From Patescibacteria group bacterium (lineage in GTDB: Bacteria; Patescibacteriota; Microgenomatia; UBA8517), in NCBI GenBank assembly GCA_026416845.1, contig JAOAEL010000002.1:111422-175421 (forward strand): a DNA stretch of 64,000 nt, given 5' to 3'. Numbering within the stretch: position 1 is the stretch's first letter; each line of letters begins with the position of its first letter. A program made the translations under genes and the position numbers. The notes beneath the pieces were generated by a model. That model had not been told where the DNA came from and did not search any database. It was given only the letters and a program-made list of their open reading frames with translations. Of the stretch, positions 49,923 through 58,098 are shown one piece after another.

Positions 49923-50601
49923 ATTGACCTGAATTTGTCAAGGTTTTGCTAATGAATAATCTTCTATGAAACTTAGTTGGTCCATAGTTCAAAATTGCTT
50001 CGCGATGCTTTCGAGTTCCATAACCTTTATTTTCCTGCCAAAAGTATTTCATATATAAACTTCTCCTGCCTAAATTTTGCATATACTCATCTCTATAAAC
50101 TTTTGCAATGATTGAAGCTGATGCAATAGAAATTGATCTCATATCCCCTTTCACTATGGGAACTTGTTTCTTTTTGCTTACACCCTTCGCGTAAGAGATA
50201 TAAAAAGCGTCAACCAACAAACGATCTATAAGACCAACCCCCAACTTTTTAAGGTTCAAATTTGCCAATTTAATCGCTCTTCTGAATGACTTGTTTGTCG
50301 CTTCTTTGATCCCAAATTTATTAATTTCATAAACGCTACCAAAGCCAATTCCCCAACATAGAGCATTTTTTTTAATCCAATCAGCGCTTAGTTTTCTCTG
50401 ACTAGCAGTCATTTTCTTTGAATCTTTTATGATAATTTTCTCCCCCATATTTTTAATTTTTGCTCTGATACTAGGATGAAAAACACAAACTGCCGTAACA
50501 ACTGGTCCAGCCAAACAACCTCTACCCACTTCGTCAGCTCCCGCAACAATCAAATTTTTACCCCACCAAATAGACTCGTAGTAAAAATCAGGATTAATCA
50601 T
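49903..50601 (-). CDS. rnhB: ribonuclease HII
   Basis: LIVAGADEVGRGCLAGPVVTAV… catalytic DE-D region; 232 aa. Confidence 0.85.
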   Translation of the reverse strand: MINPDFYYESIWWGKNLIVAGADEVGRGCLAGPVVTAVCVFHPSIRAKIKNMGEKIIIKDSKKMTASQRKLSADWIKKNALCWGIGFGSVYEINKFGIKEATNKSFRRAIKLANLNLKKLGVGLIDRLLVDAFYISYAKGVSKKKQVPIVKGDMRSISIASASIIAKVYRDEYMQNLGRRSLYMKYFWQENKGYGTRKHREAILNYGPTKFHRRLFISKTLTNSGQFSLFEV

Positions 50602-50642
50602 AAAAAAAACAAACTACATATCTCCTTGCAATTATATGATAT

Positions 50643-51734
50643 TTGCTGATACCCTTAACATTGGATATGAAATGTAGAAAGTGCAGTTTCGAAAACATAA
50701 AAGAAAACAAATTTTGCAGTAATTGTGGCGCCGAAATCTACCCAGTTCCTTTTTATAAAAAGCATCCCATCAAACTTGTTCTAAGCTTAATTAGCATTTT
50801 CTTTTTTATCCTATTTTTCTATTCTTTTATATCCTTCATTAATCAAATTGGAAATGATTTATCTCTAACTCAAAAATCACAAGGATACATAAGCGGCAAA
50901 GGGGAAAACAAAATTGCCGTTATAAATATAGACGGAATAATAGTAGAAACATTTGAATCTGATGGTATATCTTCATTATCTGACAATTACACTTCGGCAA
51001 GAGAAATAAAAAGGATCCTGGAAGAAATCCGCAATGATAACTCAGTAAAAGCTTTAATACTTCGTATCAATAGCCCCGGCGGATCAGCGGCTGCTTCTGA
51101 TGAAATCTTAAGTGAAATCAGAAGATACAAATCTGACACTAATTTACCAATAATTGCTTACATGTCGGATGTTGCAGCTTCAGGAGGATATTATGTCGCA
51201 ATGGGAGCAGATAAAATAGTCGCCAATCCTGCAACAATTACAGGAAGCATAGGAGTAATAATTTCGTATCTCTCTTTCAAAGAATTGGCAAATAAATACG
51301 GCGTAAAACAAATAGTATACAAAAGTGGCGAACTTAAAAATCTAGCAGACTCATTTTCAACGCCAACAGCACAAGAAACTCAAGTTCTGCAATCGATTAT
51401 AGATGAAATGTATAAAACCTTTATCAAGGTGGTCGCAGAAGGAAGAAAACTTGAAGAATCCTACGTTCAAGAAATAGCAGATGGAAGAGTATATTCAGCT
51501 AATCAAGCTATAAAATTAAAACTAATCGACGAAATAGGAAATTTCGAAAACAGCATATCAACTGCCAAAAAGCTCGCAAATCTCCAAGATGCTTCAGTAT
51601 TTGAATATGGTAAAAAAAGTTTACTTGATGAAATACTTAAAATAAATCTGAGCAAACTTGGAATAATAAATTTTGATCAAAATTTAGTTTCACAATTACG
51701 CAAACCCTCAATTATGTACTTAACAAACTTCTGA
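50643..51734 (+). CDS. sppA: signal peptide peptidase SppA (36K type) with N-terminal zinc-ribbon
   Basis: N-terminal CxxC…CxxC, TM, ClpP/crotonase fold with SPGGS…, …GIISYLSFKELANKYGV…. Confidence 0.75.
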   Translation: MLIPLTLDMKCRKCSFENIKENKFCSNCGAEIYPVPFYKKHPIKLVLSLISIFFFILFFYSFISFINQIGNDLSLTQKSQGYISGKGENKIAVINIDGIIVETFESDGISSLSDNYTSAREIKRILEEIRNDNSVKALILRINSPGGSAAASDEILSEIRRYKSDTNLPIIAYMSDVAASGGYYVAMGADKIVANPATITGSIGVIISYLSFKELANKYGVKQIVYKSGELKNLADSFSTPTAQETQVLQSIIDEMYKTFIKVVAEGRKLEESYVQEIADGRVYSANQAIKLKLIDEIGNFENSISTAKKLANLQDASVFEYGKKSLLDEILKINLSKLGIINFDQNLVSQLRKPSIMYLTNF

Positions 51735-51799
51735 ATTGTAAAATCAAGGTTTAAATTAGCTTGTTATTTTTAAATTTGATGTGTACAATTATGCTTGGA

Positions 51800-51985
51800 A
51801 TGAAATTAATTAACTATTTTCACGAAGTTAAAACAGAGTTAAAAAATGTAACTTGGCCAAATAAAGAAAATGTTGTAAAATTAACTATTACAATCTTGAT
51901 TTTTTCGGCTATTGTTGGGCTATATGTAGGCTTGCTTGATCTTGGACTTACTAAGCTTCTTGAAATGTTAATTTCAAGCAAATAA
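51800..51985 (+). CDS. secE: preprotein translocase subunit SecE
   Basis: MKLINYFHEVKTELKNVTWPNKEN… then single TM; start inside 51761 ORF. Confidence 0.75.
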   Translation: MKLINYFHEVKTELKNVTWPNKENVVKLTITILIFSAIVGLYVGLLDLGLTKLLEMLISSK

Positions 51986-52078
51986 TTGAAATTATGATGT
52001 ACTATAAAAAAAATGATCTAATATAAAACATTAATACAAAAAGTATTTTTTTATTTTTTTACAGTAAAGAATCAACAT

Positions 52079-52693
52079 ATGTCCAAAAACAAAAAAAATC
52101 TTAGTTCAAACCAAGAGAAAAAAAATCATCAAAAAATTGGTCATATAGTAATAAATCAAAGCGAAAATAAAGAAGCTAAATGGTATGTAGTTCACACCAC
52201 AAGCGGTCATGAATTAAGGGTCGCAGAAACATTAAAGCAAAGAATAGAAACAATGCATTTAAAAGATACTATATTTGAAATTTTGGTACCAACACAAGAT
52301 AGAGTCGTAATACGTAGTGGTAAAAAATCCACAATGAAAGAAAAAATTTTTCCTGGCTATATGTTAGTTAAAATGGTACTAGATGATCCAACTTGGTTCG
52401 CCGTCAGAACAACACCCGGAGTAACTGGTTTTGTTGGAACTGGCAAAAATCCAACACCACTATCCTCAGAAGAAGTCATAAACATACAAAAATTCATATC
52501 CTCTCCTGCTAAGAGGTTCAAAACACGCTTCGTCACCGGCGAGGCTGTAAAAATAACAGATGGACCATTTACAGACTTTCTTGGAACAATCAGCTCAATA
52601 GATGAAGAAAAAGGAAAAGTCTCAGTTCTTGTATCCATATTTGGCAGAGAAACCCCGGTTGAACTCGACTTGCTACAAATAGCAAAAGTGTAA
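52079..52693 (+). CDS. nusG: transcription termination/antitermination factor NusG
   Basis: NGN domain (WYVVHTTSGHELRVAETLKQR) and KOW (GEAVKITDGPFTDFLGTISSIDEEKGKVSVLVSIFGRETPVELD). Confidence 0.9.
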   Translation: MSKNKKNLSSNQEKKNHQKIGHIVINQSENKEAKWYVVHTTSGHELRVAETLKQRIETMHLKDTIFEILVPTQDRVVIRSGKKSTMKEKIFPGYMLVKMVLDDPTWFAVRTTPGVTGFVGTGKNPTPLSSEEVINIQKFISSPAKRFKTRFVTGEAVKITDGPFTDFLGTISSIDEEKGKVSVLVSIFGRETPVELDLLQIAKV

Positions 52694-52732
52694 AAAGCAG
52701 GAGTAAAATTTAAAACTGCTAGGAATAATTCT

Positions 52733-53357
52733 GTGCAAATAACTTCCAGAAACATAAAAAACATAGAGCAAGAACTTAGGTTTGAAGTTGATGATATAGA
52801 TAATGCTTTACAAAAAAAAGCTAAATAGTTTTGCAACATTCCAAGGAGTAGAATACATTTTAGACACAATATATGGTTCAGAAAATCAAAAAGAGAAAAT
52901 AAGATATAGAATATCAAACACATTTAGCCAAAGGTTGATAGAAGTAACCTCAAAAAACAAGGTTGAAAACGAGAATAAAAACTCAAAAATAAAAACAGAA
53001 ATAGAAGAAATACTCTATAAAGGAGATGATGAAAATCATGCCATTAGCGCGATAAGTGAAAAAGGCAACTATAAAAAAGAAAACTCTTACGAAAAAATCA
53101 GAATAAACTATTTCTATAAAAACAACCTAAAAATAAGCTTAGATATATATCCTTTTGGCGCATATCTGGAAATAGAGGGAGATCCTGCTGATTTTCAAGA
53201 AGTGGTTGATCTGCTAGGCATGTCAGTTCAAAATTCAACCACCTCAAATGCGGACCAATGCTACCTTAAACTGATAAATATGAAACAAAACAATAGTTTG
53301 AAATATCAAAATTTTCATTGTAAAATCTACTTACCTCGTAATTATAAAAACGATTAA
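52733..53357 (+). pseudogene. CYTH-like (triphosphate tunnel metalloenzyme/class IV adenylate cyclase-like) gene, probably frameshifted at an A8 run
   Basis: Frame A (52733-52828) encodes …NIEQELRFEVDDIDNALQKKAK* resembling the CYTH N-terminal ExExK/F strand; frame B from ATG 52803 encodes 184 aa ending …ISLDIYPFGAYLEIEGD… resembling the CYTH C-terminal motif; frames meet at caaaaaaaag (52811-52820). Confidence 0.35.
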
Positions 53358-53515
53358 TTGTTTTCTTTTTAAATTAAAGCGAGGGAGATACAAAAAGTGT
53401 CGAAATAAGTTTTAAGTAGATTTATTTACTCCTAAGCTTGCTTCGAGACTAAAATTTTTGTATCTCAAATATACTTAATTCAAGAAAAATCAATTTAACC
53501 AGTACAAAAACAAAG

Positions 53516-53941
53516 ATGGCAAAAAAAGTTAAAACAGTCATAAAAGTAAACATAAAAGGTGGCGAAGCCTCTCCCGCGCCACCACTTGGCACTGCGCTGG
53601 GTCCTCATGGGGTGGCAATAATGGATTTTGTCAAAGCGTACAACGAAAAAACTGCAAACATGAAAGGGCAAGTTGTTCCTGCAGTAATTACCATTTACGA
53701 AGATCGATCATTTAGCTTTGAACTCAAAAAAGCGCCAGTTTCAGAAATGATAAAAAAAGAACTCGGACTAGAAAAAGGATCAGGAACACCAAACAGACAA
53801 ATTGTCGGCACACTTTCAAAATCTCAAGCTGAAAAAATCGCCCAAGAAAAAATGTCAGATCTTAATTGCGAGTCTTTGGAAGCCGCAGTAAAAATAGTTC
53901 AAGGCACGGCTCGTAGTATGGGAGTAAAAGTAGAAAATTAA
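53516..53941 (+). CDS. rplK: 50S ribosomal protein L11
   Basis: MAKKVKTVIKVNIKGGEASPAPPLGTALGPHGVAIMDFVKAYN… canonical L11. Confidence 0.9.
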   Translation: MAKKVKTVIKVNIKGGEASPAPPLGTALGPHGVAIMDFVKAYNEKTANMKGQVVPAVITIYEDRSFSFELKKAPVSEMIKKELGLEKGSGTPNRQIVGTLSKSQAEKIAQEKMSDLNCESLEAAVKIVQGTARSMGVKVEN

Positions 53942-54007
53942 TGTTTGAATCTTTAGAGAATACTGTAAACATTCTCTAAAAATCTAACAAATACAACTAA
54001 AAAATTT

Positions 54008-54808
54008 ATGGGAAAAACAAAAACAGCATTCGTATCCGGAATTGACAACCAACCAGTCAAACCTTCTTATGACAAAGCTGCAAAGATGGCAAAAAGAATG
54101 GCAAAGATGGGTTTGGCAAACGCCGACAAACCAATTGTTGCGCAACCAGATACAACATTAACAAATAAAGATGTCGCTAAGGATCTAACAACAGACAAAA
54201 AACCAAGTACCAAAAAAAGTGTTAAAAAACAAAGAAGCGTTAAATACCAACAAGCATCTTCAAAAATTAACAAAAACAATATTTATTCTCTTTCCGAAGC
54301 AATAAGTCTTGTAAAAGAAATTTCATTTACGAAATTTGACAGCACTGTTGAACTTCATTTGGTAGTCAAAAAACAAGGAACAAACGCAAATGTAACTCTT
54401 CCCCACTCATCAGGAAGACAAAAGAAAGTTGAGATTGCAAGCGATGCAACTATAGAAAAATTAAAAGCAGGGAAAATTGACTTTGACATCCTTCTAGCAA
54501 CAGCAGAAATGATGCCTAAACTAGTTCCATTTGCAAAACTGCTAGGGCCTCGCGGTCTTATGCCAAATCCCAAGAATGGCACTATCATAAAATCTGAAAA
54601 AGACGCCGCAAAGTTTGACAGCAATACTCTTTCTGTAAAAACTGAAAAATCAGCGCCTGTAATTCATACAATTTGCGGAAAAGTCAGCCAATCTGAAAAA
54701 GAACTGGAAGAAAATATAAAAGCCATAATTAATGCGATAGGAGTCAAACAAATTGCTAAAGCTTATATCAAATCAACAATGAGTCCTTCTCTGAAGTTTC
54801 AAGTTTGA
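54008..54808 (+). CDS. rplA: 50S ribosomal protein L1 (with Lys-rich N-terminal extension)
   Basis: Core from ~residue 70 (…YSLSEAISLVKEISFTKFDSTVELHLVV…LPHSSGRQKKV…LLGPRGLMPNPKNGT…); ~40-70 aa extra N-terminal Lys-rich sequence. Confidence 0.85.
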   Translation: MGKTKTAFVSGIDNQPVKPSYDKAAKMAKRMAKMGLANADKPIVAQPDTTLTNKDVAKDLTTDKKPSTKKSVKKQRSVKYQQASSKINKNNIYSLSEAISLVKEISFTKFDSTVELHLVVKKQGTNANVTLPHSSGRQKKVEIASDATIEKLKAGKIDFDILLATAEMMPKLVPFAKLLGPRGLMPNPKNGTIIKSEKDAAKFDSNTLSVKTEKSAPVIHTICGKVSQSEKELEENIKAIINAIGVKQIAKAYIKSTMSPSLKFQV

Positions 54809-54828
54809 GAAGATAAAACCCCGAATTC

Positions 54829-55887
54829 TTACTTTGTCATCCTTCTTTGAGCAATTATTTTACCATGCTTCCTCAATGCAAATTCTAGTTGCCTAACTAA
54901 AAGCTTTTGACTTTCAGGATCTAGACCCGACTTAAAAACTGTTTTAAGAGCTGAAAATTCTGGATCTGCTAAAATTCCTACCTTTAAATTTTGTGTCTCT
55001 GAAGCAAATTGTTCATAAAGCTTTTTACCCTTATCTGTCACCAATTCTTTCCTAACTTTTTCTACACTCATATCAGGAGACTTAAAAACATCTTCTAAAC
55101 CTTGAATCTCACTCATCCCCTGCAATCCAAGATTTGCCGATATAAGAACAATTTTAGCATAACCACCCAAATTAAATTTTCTATCTTGAAAAAACCCAAC
55201 TTGCACCATAGAAAGCTGATCTCCATCATGACAGGCTTGAGAAAACTCGCTACTTCCTGGCTTTCTAACCACAGCAGCTATTTCTTCATCCGAAAACCCA
55301 TTTCTTTCTGCTACTCCTTTATAATAACCTTCAAAATGATGCTCCAAGATTGCAGTTTTAACTTCTTCTTTTACTTCTTCAGGCAAAGCTCCTAATTTAT
55401 TCTCATCCATACAATCTGTCACCCAAAGAATGGCACTATACATATGGTGAGCTAGATCTTTTAAAGCAGGAGAACCATTCTTAGCTTTTTCAAGTATAGA
55501 ACGCTCAGCAGAACTTAAACCTAAAGTTTGGGCAACTTGTTCCCATTTGTCAGATGACATGATTTCCTCCGCTCGCTTTTGATCCCATTTGCCTCTATCA
55601 TGTCCATATTCAAAAAGTTTAATTTTTAAGATCTCTTCTTCTGTCAATCTACGTCCATACAAATCACTTAATATTTCGCTTGAATTTCTTAAAACAGCAT
55701 TCAAATGATCTTTTTGAGACTGACAATCAAATCTTTCCTCTAACAACCGATCAACATCTTTTTTCAAAAAATCTACTGCTTGCCTAAGCATTTCTACTCT
55801 ACTTTCTGAGGATTCAGTTGGCTGTACTTTTTGTTCTTGTTGGTCTTTGCCAGAAAAGTAAAGCTCGCCCGATGATCCTTCTAACAT
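54829..55887 (-). CDS. hypothetical acidic protein (352 aa) encoded antisense between rplA and rplJ
   Basis: Long ORF, Glu/Asp/Lys-rich, no TM; possible His-rich metal site (HHFEGY, GHDRG) but no confident family. Confidence 0.5.
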   Translation of the reverse strand: MLEGSSGELYFSGKDQQEQKVQPTESSESRVEMLRQAVDFLKKDVDRLLEERFDCQSQKDHLNAVLRNSSEILSDLYGRRLTEEEILKIKLFEYGHDRGKWDQKRAEEIMSSDKWEQVAQTLGLSSAERSILEKAKNGSPALKDLAHHMYSAILWVTDCMDENKLGALPEEVKEEVKTAILEHHFEGYYKGVAERNGFSDEEIAAVVRKPGSSEFSQACHDGDQLSMVQVGFFQDRKFNLGGYAKIVLISANLGLQGMSEIQGLEDVFKSPDMSVEKVRKELVTDKGKKLYEQFASETQNLKVGILADPEFSALKTVFKSGLDPESQKLLVRQLEFALRKHGKIIAQRRMTK

Positions 55888-55989
55888 AAATGAAAAGTTA
55901 ATTTTTCACTAAGAGAATAAAAATTAAAAGATAATTTGAACTCTGCATATAATATGCTAAATAAGCATGAACCTACTTGTCAACATTAA

Positions 55990-56140
55990 AATTATAAGTT
56001 AAAATTTAGTGGTTTCCCTAAGACAGCGCGCAAGCTAGATCAAAAATCAAACTGTAAGTCGCGCCGAGGAGAAAAATCAAAAATTATTGCGTCAATTTTT
56101 GGCAAGGCTCCTCGTTGGGAGTCTTTTTTATTTGAAAAAT
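55990..56140 (+). promoter_or_regulatory. candidate rplJ (L10) leader region
   Basis: Untranslated GC-richer segment (…gacagcgcgcaagctagat…gtcgcgccgaggag…ggctcctcgttgggagtc…) immediately upstream of rplJ with imperfect stem potential; position matches the L10 autoregulatory leader. Confidence 0.25.
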
Positions 56141-56674
56141 ATGACAAGCGCAAACAGACAAAAAAAAGAAATCAAAGTTGCGGAAATAACAAAAAGTTTT
56201 GAAAGTGCAACCTCAATTGTTTTGGTAAATTACACTGGACTAACGGTCAAAAAGCAACAAGAACTCAAAAAAATGCTAAAGGCCATAAGCGCTTCAATGT
56301 TTGTGGCTAAAAACAATCTCGTGCAAATCGCTAGTAATAACGCAAAATTGCCAAGCGAAGCATTCACAGACGAAGTACTGGCAGGGCCAACAGCATTGGT
56401 AATAACAAAAGAAGATCCCATTGCTCCACTTCAAGTTTTGGCTAGGTTTGCCAAAGAGAATGAAATTCCTCAATTCAAAGTTGGGATTATAGAAGGAACT
56501 TTCTATGACAAATCAGGACTTATCACACTTGCTTCTCTTCCCTCAAAAGAGATTCTATTTGGACAAGCTGTCGGCGCAATTGCCGCGCCAATTTATGGTT
56601 TAGTTAACACAATGCAAGCCAATTTGCAAAAACTGCTTTATATCCTAGACACAAAAGCAAAACAAAAAGCTTAA
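56141..56674 (+). CDS. rplJ: 50S ribosomal protein L10
   Basis: Start MTSANRQKKEIKVAEITKSF… aligns with L10 N-terminus; ORF-track start at 56087 is probably upstream read-through. Confidence 0.85.
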   Translation: MTSANRQKKEIKVAEITKSFESATSIVLVNYTGLTVKKQQELKKMLKAISASMFVAKNNLVQIASNNAKLPSEAFTDEVLAGPTALVITKEDPIAPLQVLARFAKENEIPQFKVGIIEGTFYDKSGLITLASLPSKEILFGQAVGAIAAPIYGLVNTMQANLQKLLYILDTKAKQKA

Positions 56675-56702
56675 GTGAGATTTTGAAAGGTGGTGAACTA
56701 AA

Positions 56703-57137
56703 ATGACAGATGAAACAAAAAAAGAAAAGGAATTATCAAAAAATTTAGCCAAACTTGTTGATGAAATCGCTAGTCTTTCCGTACTTGAGTTATCCGAATT
56801 GGTAAATGCTCTACAGGACAAACTCGGAGTAACAGCTCAAGCTCCGATGATGGCAATGCCAACAACGGCAACCACAACAGCGGCAACTCCAGCAGGAGAC
56901 ACCGCCACTTCCGAACAAAGCGCGGGGGGCGGCACAGTTGTAATGACCAACGCCGGTGCGAACAAAATCGCTGTTATCAAAGCTTTGAGAGAAATAAATC
57001 AAAATTGGGGATTAAAAGAAGCCAAAGATATGACTGAAAACGTCCCAGCCGAAATTTTGAAAAACGCAAAACCTGAAGAAGTCAAAGTCGCAGTCGAGAA
57101 ACTCAAAGCAGCTGGAGCTACTGTGGAAATCAAGTAA
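56703..57137 (+). CDS. rplL: 50S ribosomal protein L7/L12
   Basis: N-terminal dimerisation helix, Ala/Thr/Pro hinge, C-terminal …KALREINQNWGLKEAKDMTENVPAEILKNAKPEEVKVAVEKLKAAGATVEIK. Confidence 0.9.
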   Translation: MTDETKKEKELSKNLAKLVDEIASLSVLELSELVNALQDKLGVTAQAPMMAMPTTATTTAATPAGDTATSEQSAGGGTVVMTNAGANKIAVIKALREINQNWGLKEAKDMTENVPAEILKNAKPEEVKVAVEKLKAAGATVEIK

Positions 57138-57160
57138 TTCAAAAACAAACTTAATTCAAA

Positions 57161-57187
57161 AAAACCTCACGAAAGTGAGGTTTTTTA
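57161..57187 (+). terminator. bidirectional rho-independent terminator (rplL / convergent sigma gene)
   Basis: AAAAACCTCAC-GAAA-GTGAGGTTTTTT: 8-bp GC-containing stem, GNRA loop, T-run; A-run on the other side serves the minus-strand gene. Confidence 0.8.
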
Positions 57188-57252
57188 ATTTCATCAAACC
57201 TGAAAGTATAAGTATAATTGAAAAAATTTAAAATTGCTTAAGTTTCAATTTC

Positions 57253-57945
57253 TTAATCATTTGAAAAAGCTTCTCTTACACTCCTTCTTATTCTATGAAT
57301 AACAGATTTAATTTTAGAAACAGACATGCCCATATAATTGGCTATTTCTTCATAAGAATAGCCGCAGGCTAACAAATTAAAAATTAAGCTATTCTCTTTA
57401 CCTAAAAATAAAAACAAATCTTTCACCTTTTCAGCATTTTTTATTTTTTCACCAATTGGTTCAGTTGAACTAGGAATAAAATTTTGTAAATCAAAATTTT
57501 CATCATTATCTCTTGATACATCAAAATAAATCTGCCTTGCCCAAACTCTCTTTTTTCTCCTCAAATAATCTAAGCAAGTATTTCTAATCACCTTAATTAA
57601 CCAAGCTGCAAAACTCGTGCCACATGCTTGCTGTTGACAAGGACTTTTAGTTGATAATAGTTTGTAACATACATCTTGAAATATATCTTCAAAATCTGTA
57701 GGATCAAGCTGATCCTTAAAATTACTAGCAACTCTAATTGTTAATCTAAAAGCAAGACCATAGAAATTTTCCCAAACTTCACTATCGCCTTCTTGTAATT
57801 TTTTAAAACTAATTTGATCAATTAAGCAATATAAACCATCATTTAAAATTTCTTCATTCTGAGGAACCTGATCTCGAATCCGATCGTAAATATCATTCAA
57901 TTCATCAAAAACTGAAATAAATCTTTGGCCAAAAATTTCACACAT
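57253..57945 (-). CDS. sigma-70 family (ECF-like) RNA polymerase sigma factor
   Basis: Region 2-like FAAWLIKVIRNTCLDYLRRKKR and region 4 HTH GYSYEEIANYMGMSVSKIKSVIHRIRRSVREAF; 230 aa. Confidence 0.65.
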   Translation of the reverse strand: MCEIFGQRFISVFDELNDIYDRIRDQVPQNEEILNDGLYCLIDQISFKKLQEGDSEVWENFYGLAFRLTIRVASNFKDQLDPTDFEDIFQDVCYKLLSTKSPCQQQACGTSFAAWLIKVIRNTCLDYLRRKKRVWARQIYFDVSRDNDENFDLQNFIPSSTEPIGEKIKNAEKVKDLFLFLGKENSLIFNLLACGYSYEEIANYMGMSVSKIKSVIHRIRRSVREAFSND

Positions 57946-58098
57946 GTCAATTAATTTCCTTTATTTTAGCAAAATTTTGCAACTTTTGTTTTTTTCAAAA
58001 AAAATAAGCATTTAACTTTATTTTAATTAATGGTAAAATTGGCAAATTATTCAATATCACTAATTAAAAAATACAATAAAAATTAAATATATAACAAA

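Noticed and set aside
36784-51799. Search for integrase/recombinase, transposase or phage genes and att direct repeats flanking the post-tRNA-Trp block
   Set aside because: None recognised by eye in any frame; island interpretation therefore rests only on synteny break and composition, stated as such.
52357-52923. 188-aa minus-strand ORF overlapping nusG (and similar antisense ORFs inside folD 14854..15228, glyA 15336..16114, topA 17796..18188, AcrB-like 47960..48382, RimK 60566..61028, etc.)
   Set aside because: They lie entirely antisense to strongly supported conserved genes, have low-complexity translations typical of AT-rich antisense frames, and have no start/SD context; treated as ORF-finder noise.
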